This document shows, piece by piece, positions 1 to 12,716 of a DNA stretch of 64,000 bases. Below the pieces are notes generated by a model that was not told the DNA's origin, made no database searches, and worked only from the letters and a program-made list of their open reading frames with translations. The stretch is from Camelus dromedarius. Lineage: Eukaryota. The stretch lies in NCBI RefSeq assembly GCF_036321535.1, contig NC_087437.1, positions 110,424,001 through 110,488,000 on the forward strand. Reading direction: 5' to 3'. The first letter of the stretch is position 1; each line of letters begins with the position of its first letter. A program made the translations under genes and the position numbers.

Positions 1-26
1 GCCTAAATCTCACCAAGCCTCTGAAT

Positions 27-224
27 CAGGATTCCTCAGCCTTGGTGCTATCGACATTTGAGGCCCAATCGTTCTTCGTGTGGGGGCTGCTCTGAGCAAC
101 GTATGTTTTTCCAGCAGCATCTGGGACCCTACATACTAGACACCAGTAGCACACCCTTCTTTGAGTCATGATGATCAAAGCTGTCTCCAGAGGGGGTCCA
201 AGCCATCCCAGTTTAGAGACACTA
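27..224 (-). mobile_element. MER20-like hAT-Charlie DNA transposon relic
   Basis: Reverse complement follows the recalled MER20 consensus (GACATTT..GTGGGGGCTG..CAGCATC..CCAGTAGCAC..TGTCTCCAGA); internal deletion. Confidence 0.8.
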
Positions 225-1059
225 CTTTAGAGCTACCATTTTGGAGTGAATAAAGGATACACAGAAACAAGTTAAATGAAGTACAGGGAAGCGATCAGCC
301 ACATCAAGGATGGGTTATCTCATTCCACTTCTCATCAACAGTAAAGCTTTTTTGCCATCAGACTAGTTAGTGATGCAGAATCCCTACTTGATGATCTGCT
401 TCCTAGGACTATTTCCTGTCCTAAACATCTCAGTGTTACTCCGGAAGCAGCAGATGAGATAAGGTTTGAGGACAAGTAGTTCATTTGGGAAGTGCATATA
501 ATATCGATAGGGAAGCAGGGAAGGGAGAAAGAAGGAAGAAAGAACAGAGAAAGAAGGAAGACAATACATAAAACAGTATTAAGCCATCTGGGAGCTAGTG
601 CAAAACTCAAACCTAAGAATTAACTCTCTGAGAGCTGAGAAAGCTGGGGTTGTCATGCACCGATTCCCTCATACTGTTGGCTGGGGGCTATGCCTGCCAT
701 GTTGGTTCCTTGGCATTTCCAACCTGCTCTGTGCCAGAGCTCAACAATTCTCTGCAGTTCCAGAGAAAAGCACTCAGGCACGGAAATTACAGATCCTAGT
801 GGTTCGCAACATGCTGGAAGGAGATAAGGAAATATCAGCTATTTATAGTAAAATGACATTCAAGGTGTATTTTTAAATACACAAGTGAAAAAATGAGTGA
901 AGTTAGGCCAAACAATACAGGCAAGGACTGATCATTGTTGGTGATGCTGATGATGGTAGGAAGAATGTTTCTAGGAGTTATCTCTTGTTTTGTTTAAGTT
1001 TGAAATTTTTCATGTTAAAATTTAATAAAAATAATAGCTCTACCTATCATATACTGTAT

Positions 1060-1587
1060 TTTCTTAATTTTTTATTGAAGTGTAGTTGATTTACAATGTT
1101 TCAGGTGTACAGCAAAGTGTTCAGTTATACATACATATCCATATATATTTTTTTCTTTTCAGATTCTTTTTCACTACATAGTATTACAAGAAATTGACTA
1201 TAGTCCCCTGTGCTATACAGTAGGACCTTGTTGTTTACCTATTTTATATATAGTATTTCATATCTGCTAATCCCAAACTCCTAATTTATCCCTCCCTCTC
1301 TTTGCCCTTTGGTAACCATAAATTTGTTTTCTATGTCTGCAAGTGTCTATTTTGTACATAAGTTCATTTGTATCATTTTTTTATATTCAATATATGTGAT
1401 ATTGTATGGTATTTGTCTTTGTCTGACTTACTTCACTGAGTGTGATAATCTCTAGGTCCATTCATGTTGCTGCAAATGGCATTGTTTCATTCTTTTTTAT
1501 GGCTGAGTAGTATTCCATCGTATATATATACACCACGTCTTCTTTATCCAGTCATCTGTCAATGGACATTTAGGTTGCTTCCATGTT
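1060..1587 (-). mobile_element. LINE-1 3' fragment (cetartiodactyl-type 3'UTR), 5'-truncated
   Basis: T-rich tail then TTGAAGTGTAGTTGATTTACAATG..CCCTGTGCTATACAGTAGGACC..GTTGCTGCAAATGGCATT..GGCTGAGTAGTATTCCA. Confidence 0.9.
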
Positions 1588-2819
1588 GAACCCATTGCCT
1601 TCTCAGAGTTCCATCTCTCCTTTTTCATTTGCCCTAAGTATTGAGAATTCATAAATATCTATTAGCTTATTGGCTTCATCATCAATAAAGTAACAGATGA
1701 AAATTACATAATTCTAAATTTTTATACTGTAGTAGGATTCACAGGATTTGAATCTGATTTAAATAAGTACTTTTATTCTGACTCAACCTTAATATATTAC
1801 TCCTATTAAAATATTAAAGCTAAGACAGATGTAGATGAAAACAGTGTACAAAAAAAAGAGGTACATTCATGTTTATAATTTACAAGAAGAAAGTGAAAAA
1901 AAAAACATTTTAGAAGGAAACAGGATATTAGGCACCAAAAGGAGAACTCTAATTCATTCATAATTTTTTGTATCTATAACTTTGAAAGATAGAGACAAAA
2001 TGGCAGTCCTATGACTTTAAGAGAGTGCCATTAAACCCCTGTACTAAAGAACAGGGATGTGTTTTGTAGGATATCTTCTGCTAAGTGTGAGAAATTCACA
2101 TTAGTAGTTTACTATTAAATGGAAGATTACATTTTCTTAAAGTATATTCATTTCTAACAATGAATAATGAACCCTATGAGAATTTTTTTTTTAGTTTAAC
2201 AGAGTTTATTTTGCAATGGCTTTATTTCACAAATATATGAATAAAACTTAATCTAACTAACAGTCCCCCAAAGTTATCACAGCCCCTGAGTTATAGAAAC
2301 CTGCTGTGCACATTGAAATTTTCCCTACCATTAGTGGAAAGTTCAACAGGAACTTACATGGGCATAATCATGTGGCGTGATATGTTTTAACATCTACATG
2401 AAGAGAAAAGGTTTTTCATTTAATTTTCTGATATTCTCAGAAACACTCTTCTGGATGTCATCTCTTAATAGAAAAATTGATTAAGAGGTTGACAGCGGGA
2501 TAATAGGTTATTCTTTTGTATAAGTGCCATGTACTCTTCAAGTCATTCATTCACTTTCAAAAACACTATTCCAAGAGATACTGCAATCTTGTCCTTTTAC
2601 TTCCTTTCAAGGGAATATGAAACTTCTAAAACATCTTTCCAAGTGAATGCTTGAACTTCAGGGAGATATTAATGAATGAACCATCACATCTGTTCAAACA
2701 GCAAGCCAAAATGTGTGAGTTCTAGATCAGTTTGGAAGAAAAAAGAAAGAAAAGAAAATCTTTCTTCTTCACTTTTGGTGAAGAAATACCATGGTCAAAA
2801 ATGATTAAAAATTGTATGT

Positions 2820-3060
2820 CTTTCCTGCAATATCACAATGGCTTCTAATATCTCTGCTTCAAGACTCTTTCTTCTTCCTACCCATTTTGCAGTTCTTCAA
2901 ATGTGTCTTCGTAAAATCCTGCACCATTTTGTTATTTGCCTCTTCAGCAGCTGTCATTGGGTCTCCATTGCTAAGTCCAAACCTCTCATTAGCTGCTAAG
3001 CTCCTCCACAGTCTGTCCCCAAACATTCCATCCACTAATCCTCTTCTTCTCTGTACACTG
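2820..3060. mobile_element. L2 LINE fragment (ancient)
   Basis: Reverse strand reads GGTTTGGACTTAGCAATGGAGACCCAATGA..AGAAGCCATTGTGATA, resembling the L2 purine-rich strand; explains the spurious ORFs here. Confidence 0.6.
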
Positions 3061-4892
3061 GGCAACAAGAATTGTCACCATTTCCATATATGCATTGCTG
3101 ATTCCTATTCTAAAAATTTAGTTCTTGTTGACCCTTCTTCCTGGAATGGCCCCTTCTCTAAAATCATCTCTGCCTTTGAGATACTCCCGTTTTAATCCCA
3201 ATTCAGTTAGATGCCATTTCTTCTAAGAAAGTAAATGGATCAGCCTATCGGAAGTCATTTTGGCTAGCTCTTTGACCCACTTTAGAAAAATATATCCCTT
3301 TTATTTTTTACCTAAATTTAGACTTGAATGACCTGAATTAGATCATGAGGTCCTTAATGGAAGAACTGGAGACAGTTCACTTAGACCTACCTTGCTGTGG
3401 GTTTGCCAAAGTTCCAATGAAGGTGAGTTATACAACAGGAGGAAATCAGCCCACCATCCCGACCAGCTGAACTCTCTCACAGCAGATAACATCGAATGAT
3501 TGCTGCTGTGCTGAGCCGGGTGAGACATGTGGGTGAAACTTTGGGAAACTGAGAGAATTATAAATTACCTTACCTCTAACAACAGGGATAACAGGACATG
3601 TCGTAGAGGAAATTGCCCAGAAGGAACGAGGAGGGTTGGAACAAGCATGTCTGGAGAGGAAGGCAAAGAGGAGGCAGAGAAGGATGGAAAGTAGGAAACG
3701 AAAAGGTGAAAACAATGCAAATGAGAAGAAATCAAGTGGTAGATTCGAAGTGGGGTGGAACTCCAGAGGAGGGAACGATGGAAAGAGGGGTTTCAGGAAC
3801 TTTAATTGCAACGTGTACAAGATAATCCCTTCTTCTTCATTCTCACCAAATGCCTTGACATTGAAATTTGGGGTGATATGACTGGCATTAAGTCAGCCCT
3901 GGGTAAGAGCAGCTGATGCACAGGAGCCTGGTTACAATGTGTTACAATTAATTCCAGAAGAATCACACTAAATCACAGTATCATTTGTCGACTTGGGTAT
4001 TCATACAGATTCTGCTAAAGCTAGAGTTTTAGCAAACACTGCATGAAGGTTTGATTCACTCTTTCTCTACTATTAATTTCATCATCTTCGTAAGATTGTA
4101 CCTGTATAAAATGAAACTCATCAGGTATTATTAAAGAAAGACTGTGTTCCATCTAACATTCAGAATTGTGGAAGCAGAATCCATTTGCAGAATTGGTCCT
4201 GGACAAAATTTGGTTTTATTTAGGTGGGCTGTATTTTACATTAGCAAAGTGCATTACTTTTTGACTCACTAAGGAATAAAAACTAAATAAATAAATTCCT
4301 CTGTCTCTAGTAAGAATCATAACTGAGATTAACAGAAGTTTAAGTCAGCGAGTTTTTTACTACCATATTAATAAATGTATATTTTGTCTGCCAAGGAAGC
4401 TTCAAGGCACTGTGAGTCCCATTCATTTTAATACTTAACACCATACTCTAAAATTGCATCTGTCTTTTCTCATCAAATTTTCATTCTCTCAGGGCCAAAC
4501 AACCCCAGTCAGGTATAAACAGCAGGATGTGGGGTTTAGAGAATAGGTGGAAGAATCTGAATAAGTCAGTATTATTAAATTAATTTATAAGACCATCAAT
4601 CTTTAATTGATGAAAGTTCAGTCACAGAAGAAGGGAAGAATTTCAGAAAGTGGAAATTTCACTTCTTTCAAGAGGCCTTTAAGAATGCCATAAATCGCTC
4701 CCTGGGTACTATTCCATCTACAGTGAAGTGGAGGCTCCTTGTGGGAGAGAATCTGCAATATTCGATATTCTCTCCCAGCCCCACTTGGGCGGAAACGGTA
4801 TTAGTCTAGTCAAAACTTGGCTAATGAAGAATGGTGACATTTAAAATAACATGCTGGCTTCCACACTTTGAGAATTAAAAATCTTGAGACTG

Positions 4893-4981
4893 GGGGGAGG
4901 GTATAACTCAAGTGGGTTCAATCCCCAGTACCTCCTCTAAAAAAAATAAATAAACCTAATTACTTCCACCAAAACCCACTG
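4893..4981 (+). mobile_element. tRNA-Ala-derived camelid SINE (vic-1-type), internally deleted
   Basis: GGGGAGGGTATAACTCAAGTGG/GTTCAATCCCCAGTACC..AAATAAATAAACCTAATTAC; perfect 15-bp TSD AAAATCTTGAGACTG at 4878-4892 and 4982-4996. Confidence 0.85.
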
Positions 4982-6469
4982 AAAATCTTGAGACTGAATC
5001 TTGGTCTGAGATGAATTCAAGATCTCACCCAATGGAGTTAAGAATGAATATGCACCATCACATTTTAGCAAAGGCTTGATCACTTACATAAGGTATATAC
5101 ATTCAGCACACTGCTCATTATTGTCAGCTAAGAGTAAATGCTTTGAAGACAATAGATACGAAGATGATTCCTTGAGCTGCCTGCAATTGGCAGGCTGAAG
5201 GTACACCACTGACACAATTTAAATAAGTGAAAAGATGTGAACGCCACAGTTGTTTTACCAGTTGTGACTATTTATTGGAAAACAAAAGCAGAAAATCTTT
5301 ACCTCCTTTAAACAGAGCAAACAGAGAAAAATAAACAGGCACCTCTGAAAATTTAGAAAATCTTGTCCTTGGTCATTCAATATTTAAGGAGATAATTTCT
5401 GGATAAAGACAAGCTGGATTCTTAAAAACAGTGCATGCAGCTAATGTACTGACAGCAACCATTAACTAAAAATTGATCTCTGAAACTTAGCCAGTTCAGA
5501 AAATGCTGTTGCAGAAGCGCCACACAGCCAAAGCACCCTAACTAGTCCAACAGGCTCCCGTCCGTGACTCGAGACTCAAGGTCATCAGAGCCCACTGCAG
5601 CCCAGGAGGGGCCGGGGCCACATGACCTGCAGCTAACCCCGCCAAAGATATTACTAATAGATTAACGAATTCAAATCCACAGTCTAAAGAGGTCTCAATG
5701 GCAAAAGGAAAAGCACAGTATTTAGCCTGAATGAGCAGGGGTTCTAGTCTTCCTAACTCAGACACTTACTAGTGACTGTTTACTCATCTCTAAAATAGAA
5801 ATAAAAATCCTTAATATTTTAAAAGGACAATTTGGCATTTGAGGTGATGGGGATGAAATATGTTTCATAAACAGTAAAGCATAGTTTATTGTTATCAACT
5901 ATGGCTAATTAATGCAAGTACTCCTACAACTAAGAGTGAGTTTTATAATCTGTTGAATAAAATCCCATTTGCATTATGTATTGAAGCCCCAAGGATAAAA
6001 AAAAAATGAGTCTTGAAATCTCATATTAAAGGTTTGAGAGAATGAGATAAGGTATAACCTAAACAGTTACTCTCTGATAAATTGTCATCATATTAAATTA
6101 GATATGAATTACCCAAAATTAAGAATTCTTAACATTTAAAATTATAAGATGTATTAAGTTTGATTACTGGGGAAAATTTAATGCTATTATTATTTGATAT
6201 AATAATTAATATTATAATGATACTATAATACAATGGCCAAAAAATAAATGAAACTTTTATTTAGTTAGCTAGGCTTTAATGATAGATTTTATAATGTGAA
6301 GAGAGTGAAAAGAGAAGTGGTCTTTAAAGGTTTTGTTATTTCATTCTCTCAGGTTTTATTAGTAAAATCACAATGTACAAAATCGTACTATGTTCTTGTC
6401 AGATAATAGCTGTAGCGCTACAGTGAGTTCTTGGAATTACACTTTAAGAGGAAAATAAATGAATGCTAA

Positions 6470-6800
6470 TGTGGTGCAGAAGGACAGAGGGTTTGAAAGC
6501 ACATTATGTGCAGAAAGACTAAGGGACTTGGACTGCTGAGCTCAGGCTTTAAAAACAAGGAAGAAATAATAGTTAACTCCAAATATTTGAATAGCCATTA
6601 TAATTACTCCCAGATAATAGCTTTAGAAATCATTGCAGGCAACTACAGACAAAGTAGACCACGTTTGTTGTTTGAGAGTGAAGGATATTGAAGAAGAGAA
6701 TGGACAATGACTTGAATGCTGTTGAAGGGATTTGAATATTAAAGGAGGTGGGAAGGGAAAAGCTACGTTACATACAAGGTCTCTCACAACTCAGATTTTG
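6470..6800 (+). mobile_element. L3/CR1-like ancient LINE fragment
   Basis: Degenerate similarity (AAGGGACTTGGACTGCTGAGC..CTCCAAATATTTGAATAGCCAT..GAAGGGATTT); boundaries approximate. Confidence 0.45.
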
Positions 6801-9800
6801 TGGTTTAAAACGTTTCTTTTACAGCTCAATGTAAAATAAATACAATATAACCAGCTGAAATACGGCAACGATTTTACATGGTCCTTGTTTACATATTCTA
6901 CTAGTGCAGCTCCACAACTTGAAGATGGAATTAGGTATGCTTTGGAGCTAGAAGGAAAAAAATTGACTCAGAAAAAAACTGTCGTCTCACAAACTTGAAA
7001 TATGGTAATCATATCACACACACATGCATGCGCGCGTGTGCACACAAACACACATTGTGTGACAAATGTCCTTCCATGAGATACACTCAAGAGGACACTG
7101 GCGGGCTTTCTCTGCTGCAGGGTGTCACTCAATAACACCATTACTAATTAAAAATAAATGATTGATTATGAAATGAGGGAGAGTAATTATCCCCAATCCT
7201 CCTGTTTCCTTAAAAATTTAGTAGAACTTTCACTCCTTGGAAGGAACAGGTATAGGAATGACACTTTCAGGCTCATTCATTCTCTTTGGTTATTTTATCG
7301 ATGCTACTAGGAGAAGAGCCTGTGCAGGAGAGAATCAATTCCTTCTGAGCTCTGTCTTAGAACATACATCATTCTTCTCCTTTGCCACATGGTCCTCCAC
7401 CCGCCCCAACGCAGTACCTTGCAGTTGTCTGGCCCTTACGTGTGACCAGGTGAGAAGCACTAATTGGGGGCGGATGGAGAGAAACATTAGAGTCCAGATG
7501 TGGGTAGGCTGCATTTTCTAATTAGATTGTAAGTAACCAAGCTGATATTTTTGTTTGAATTGCCATCTGTTGGCAACCTATGTTTATTTTCTGAAACTGA
7601 CTCTAAATACTGTGGTGGGGGAAAGAGATGTGGTTAATCATTTGCTTCCAAAACTCTCACAAAATTTACCCAAGTGAGAAATACATCACATTATATGCAA
7701 ACCCAGGGTGGCATTGTTGGAGTAAGCATGTTTATTGGAGAAACAAAAACATTCACAAAACTCAAAAAAGTAGGAAAGAGGAGATAGATACATGCTAAAT
7801 TTAAAAAGAAAAAAAATCCTTAGTCAACATATAGTGAATTTTGTTCTTTACATAAATAAAATTTGAATTCTGAAAAGTTATATATGGTAACTGTTGTCTA
7901 AGCTTAGGGCAAAAAGTTTATTGTGAATTTACTATAAATAAGCGGATGAAACACAGCTGGTCTTGAAAACTGGGCTGAAATATCAACACAAAATGAAATT
8001 ATTTTTACTGCCTGGGAAAGAATTCTGCAGTAAATGAAAAGAAACTACTTCATGCAAGAAGAGAATGAAAAGCATTTTTCAAATAATTCATTGTAGGAAA
8101 AAGACCATTGTAAAGAATGCATACATTGTGACCTCAATAAAATAAAATTAAATAAGAAATAAAAAGATGACAATAAAATAAAAAGACAAAGTGAGATGAA
8201 TGGGGAGCTTTCTGGAGATGTAAGTTGTGGTGAAAAGTTTCCCAAAAATAATAAAATATTATCACAGAAATGGAGTAGTAAGGTTTATCATTTTATCACA
8301 TTGAATAAAGAGCAGAATTAATGGTACAGGAAAGTAAGTCTGTAATATGAAACATAAGCTTGAGAAGTCTTCTCAAAATGCAGAGGTTGAAAACTGAAAA
8401 AAAATTAGTAACAGTGCGTCCCTATTTTTGCATGGAGATGAATGGACCATAACAGATCGAAAATATGATATGATAAAATAAATTACAATGAATTCTGAAA
8501 TTTCGGCTTCAATATTTTTAAAAATAAAAATGTTTTCTTATTTTATTAGTTTAAAATAGTGATGGTAAACTCAAAAACCTGTAAGAGTTATGCAAAAATA
8601 TAAATATCTGAATCATGGTAGATGAATGACAATCAAAGCTTGAGGGATAGGACGACAGGGGAAACATACTCTATCCAAATGCTTGGATCTTGATTTTTGA
8701 AATTGAAATTTAAAACAAATGGACAGACCAAAAAACAAACATATCAGCTGCATTAGATCTACTGTCTGCCTGTTGTAATCCTCTGACAAAAAACTTAGCT
8801 TCTCTTATTTTAAATCCTTTTATCTTCCTCTCCTTCATATATATGCATACATATATATGCACACACACACACAAATATGTACATAAGATATAAACATATA
8901 TATATAAATATACCATGCTTGTTCAAAATGGTGTGAGTTAATGAACTAGTTTCAAAAACTATACACACATAGAATAAGTTTCCTAAAATAAAGTTTGAAA
9001 GCAAGAGTCATATGACACAGTGAGATGATGGCATCTTGAAGCCCAGTTAATTGATAAGAATAGAACACGGAGCTGAGCTCCTGGCAGCCTCTCTTTAGGT
9101 GGACGTTAGTTTTGGAATTAAAGAGACAAAGTCTGAAAAAATATGTGGAATGCAATCAACAGCACTTTATAATCTATTGGCTGTGAGCTGGCCGAAAGGA
9201 AGAATACAAAAGGGATCCAGGGAGAGTTAGACTCAAAACAAATCAGTTGCATCCAATCAAGTCTTAAAACAAAAATGGGGGCCCAAGACCCAAACATAAG
9301 AAAAAAAAATTTAATGAGTGCTAAATACTGAACACAATGTTGGTTTCAAAACAATCTCCATTTAAAGTGAATGGACTTGAAGTTCCTAATGTCACAGACT
9401 GTTGAAAGGGCTCAGTGACCCCAGACCTAAAGGATTGAGTGGTTAGCTGACCTCTTACACCCAAGCCCATTGACCATGAAATTTGTAGTTTCAAGTTTGG
9501 GGCAGGAACAGAATAGAAACTTTCTACAGCAAAATCCCCAATAATCCTGATATGTAAGTCAACTAAGTTGTTGATTGAGAGGGAGACCATTTATTTTCAG
9601 TTTCTTTTAGGGGGGGAATGTCAGCCTCAGCATTCTGGTATGAAAACTTAGAAATGAGTAATAAGTGGGTCCATAAGGAAAGATAAGCCATGGCCCCTTT
9701 TGACCTTCCTAGGCCTCCAGGAGAAACCACAGTTATTTCTCTTCCCTACATGACAGTTTGGGGCGGGACCAGGTTCGAAGCTTCCCCACCATGCCTACTG

Positions 9801-10475
9801 AGGCCACGGTAAGGGCCTGGAACTTACACATAATGTCTGAAATGCCATGGAGAGACTGAGCAAGAGACCATGGTTGCAATTAGAAACCTCTTTTCCTTGG
9901 TAGCTAATACCACGGTGGTGATCATTTTGCAATTTGTAAATGTATCATCAAATCAGTGCTTATCCACCTTAAACTTGCACAATGTTATGTGTCAATGATA
10001 ACCCAGTGCAGCTGGAGGGGAAAAGAGAGAAAGAAAAACTTCTTCCAAAGTTCTAGTTAGTAGCTTCTCATCACGTATTTCAGACTCCTACACAGAAAAC
10101 ACAACATCTGCTAAAGGAAACCAACTGAATAGAGATACACGATTATCTTTTTGAGTTTGATGAAGTCAGTATGTTTATTTAAGTAGAGGAGAAGAAGGTG
10201 CTATGTTCAGAGTTTCCTTCCAGAAAAGTGAACTCCTTAATCAACATACACAGAGCTCAGTCGTGAATAAATAAAATCTGGAATTCTGACAGCTGCAGAT
10301 GATATCTGCTGCATTGGAGAAATCAAGACAGCAGTTTGTCATTAGCTAAGAAATGATTATTGAAGCTTGAGAAACATAAAATAATAGCACAAATTTGTCT
10401 ATATCTGTAATCCCTAAAATCCAAAGTGTGGCTTGGTAGATACTGCTGGCTGAAATTCAGTTGAATCTTCAATTT

Positions 10476-10775
10476 TTAGTAACTGTCACATCCTCAGCCA
10501 GAGCCAAATCCTCCTTGACATAGCACTGCCATTCTGTGTGTGTGTGTGTGTGTGTGTGTGTTGTGAGGGGAACCATAATGCACCTATCCAAGGCCATACT
10601 CACTGGAACTAAAGCCACCAAACCCAATACTGTAGAAGAATCCAAAATTTGCTGAGTTAACATGGCCAGGCCTATAAGCATCACCACGGAAAAAAATCCA
10701 AGATGGAAGAACCAAAGTGAGAACTGTATTGCAAAAGCTAAAATGGAAATTCCCAGAATATGAAGTTTGGCTCAT
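10476..10775 (-). pseudogene. Decayed KRTAP-like gene (Gly/Tyr/Phe-rich); 63-aa ORF 10584-10775 with a degenerate in-frame continuation to TAA at 10476
   Basis: KRTAP-like leader (ACACCTCATCTCCATCTCCTGATCC-ATG); N-terminus MSQTSYSGNF; FGFFYSIGFGGFSSSEYGLG; beyond the TAG the frame reads VHYGSPH-(CA)n-..LCQGGFGSG*GCDSY*; minus-strand AATAAA at 10174-10179. Confidence 0.6.
10535..10560. repeat. (TG)13 microsatellite inside the KRTAP-like relic
   Basis: Read directly. Confidence 0.95.
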
Positions 10776-10941
10776 GGATCAGGAGATGGAGATGAGGTGT
10801 GTTGAACCAAGAGATTGCCAGAGTTCTTCTCTCGGGCATCAAAAAAATGAGAATTTACTTGAGACCATTCTTTCTCAGCATCCACATCTGTTTATTTGGA
10901 ACATCCATCTGTTTAAAGAGGCAAAGAGAGAGAGAGAGAAA

Positions 10942-11002
10942 ATGGATGGATAAATAGATAATAGATGATGGATGGATAGATGGATGGATGGATGGATGGA
11001 TA
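10942..11002. repeat. Imperfect (GGAT/AGAT)n tetranucleotide repeat
   Basis: Read directly. Confidence 0.9.
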
Positions 11003-11552
11003 GCAAACATACCCAGGAAGGGTCTATACAAATGCACATCCTGAAAGAATTTCAACTACTGACCGAGTAAATTAGGGATGTCCCTTCAAAAAGCAATGTG
11101 TAGTTACTGAAAAGGAACATGGGGATCCTTTGGGGGCTGACCATGCTGTTTCATGTTTGGTTTGGGTAGAGATTACATGAGTGTGTCACTTTGTGAAAAA
11201 AATTGACTTTGTTGCCATACTTATGTATACTTTTTTGCTTTCGCCGTATTTCAATGAAATTTGCATTTAAAAAGTCAATGGATAGTATAAACTTGCAATT
11301 CACCTCTCACTGGAATAATTTTGGTAAATCAAGTACATTCTTATTCATTAACCTCTATTATCACTTGTTTTACATGGTTGGCATATATCTTCCTGTATTT
11401 CAATCTTCCTTCATCCCTAATGGCTTCAAATTAACATGTGACTGTAACATGTGGTAAGCAGCTCCTGACTGCATATATATATCCAATCTATAAAGGCCAG
11501 ACACCACAAAGCATCGCACAAATAATAAACACTATGTCAATGTGATTGACAG

Positions 11553-11790
11553 TTTGGGCTCTGGATCCAGATTGCTTATATTGAACTTAATTTTCCCACA
11601 CTAGTCAGGTGGGTTTGAGAAAGTTATTTAACCATCTTTGCAAATTTTTGATCTGCATAGTGGGAACAATTATAGTGTTATTTCATAGGGTAGGGCTGTT
11701 GTGAGGATTAAGTGAGTTGAGTTGATCCATTAAACTCTTAGAACATGAGTGCTGACTCATGGTAAGTTCTAAATAAGGGCTAGCCATCAT
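11553..11790 (+). mobile_element. MIR SINE
   Basis: GGGCTCTGGATCCAGA..AAGTTATTTAACC..CATAGGG..TTGTGAGGATTAAGTGAG..TAGAACATGAGTGCTGAC..GTAAG. Confidence 0.8.
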
Positions 11791-11894
11791 CAATACTGTA
11801 AATATTATTATAATTATTATCTTAAATTTTGCACCTAAATTGTAGTCACAAAACAGTGTGTTGGTGAGTTTTATATATTTATAACATGAGTTAT

Positions 11895-12245
11895 TTTTTT
11901 CAGCTGCTGTGACAGAGTCCAAACGAGTATGACTTCAAAAGGCAAAAGTTTATTCTTCTCTCATGTAATAGTACAAATGTAGGCAGTGTTGGCAGAAAGT
12001 TCTCCCCTCCTCAAAAGATAGATTCCACGTGGAGGTTTAAGCTAGCTGCTCCTAACTATTGCCACATCTCAGAAAATAAGAAACTTGCCAGAGGAGAACA
12101 CACCCAATGCTTTTAAGAAGGCACATGACTTCCACTTGCATCCCATTGGTCAGTACTTAGTCACATGGCTGCACTTAGCTGCAAGGGATGCTGGGAAGTG
12201 AAGGCTTCAGCTGAGTAGCCCCATGCCAGCTAAAATTCTATTGAG
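11895..12245 (-). mobile_element. Old MLT1-family MaLR LTR fragment
   Basis: CATCCCATTGGTCAGTACTTAGTCACATGGCTGCACTTAGCTGCAAGGGATGCTGGGAAGTG hallmark block. Confidence 0.75.
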
Positions 12246-12716
12246 ATAGAAAAAGTGGAGAATGGATATCAATAACCAACTAAAAGTCAGCCATAATTAC
12301 CAACATGGTGCTGTCTGTTATGCAGTCTTTAAGAGATCCAAGAATATATTTGTACCACATTAATTTATATCCTTTCTCTTCTGAGAGTCCATTAAAAATG
12401 TTAGTAAGGAAATAGAATAGCCACTGACCCACAATAATGGATTGCAATAATGGATCTTCAATAATGCAGAACAAGTTCTCAGGGGCCATCAAAGGACAAA
12501 ATATCTCAACAAATTTCTGGAAGATTGCATAACTGATGGAGAAGAGTGGAGCAATGTTAAGTTCATGAAGAGCATAAAATTGAGGATGCTTCTCTGCTTT
12601 GTAGAATGTTAAGAAGGCAGAGCATTTGATTGGGAAATATTCTGAATAACATCCCAAGTGCCAAACACATGCATGGAGAAGTTTTCAGATGATGAATAAA
12701 GAACGACCATAGCCAG

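Noticed and set aside
335..510. KRTAP-leader-like sequence (AAACCTTATCTCATCTGCTGCTTCC) with an upstream TATA-like stretch on the minus strand
   Set aside because: No ATG at the expected place and no KAP-like codons downstream.
2812..3195. 127-aa and 69-aa ORFs that looked like a processed pseudogene
   Set aside because: Better explained as an L2 fragment; no protein family recognised.
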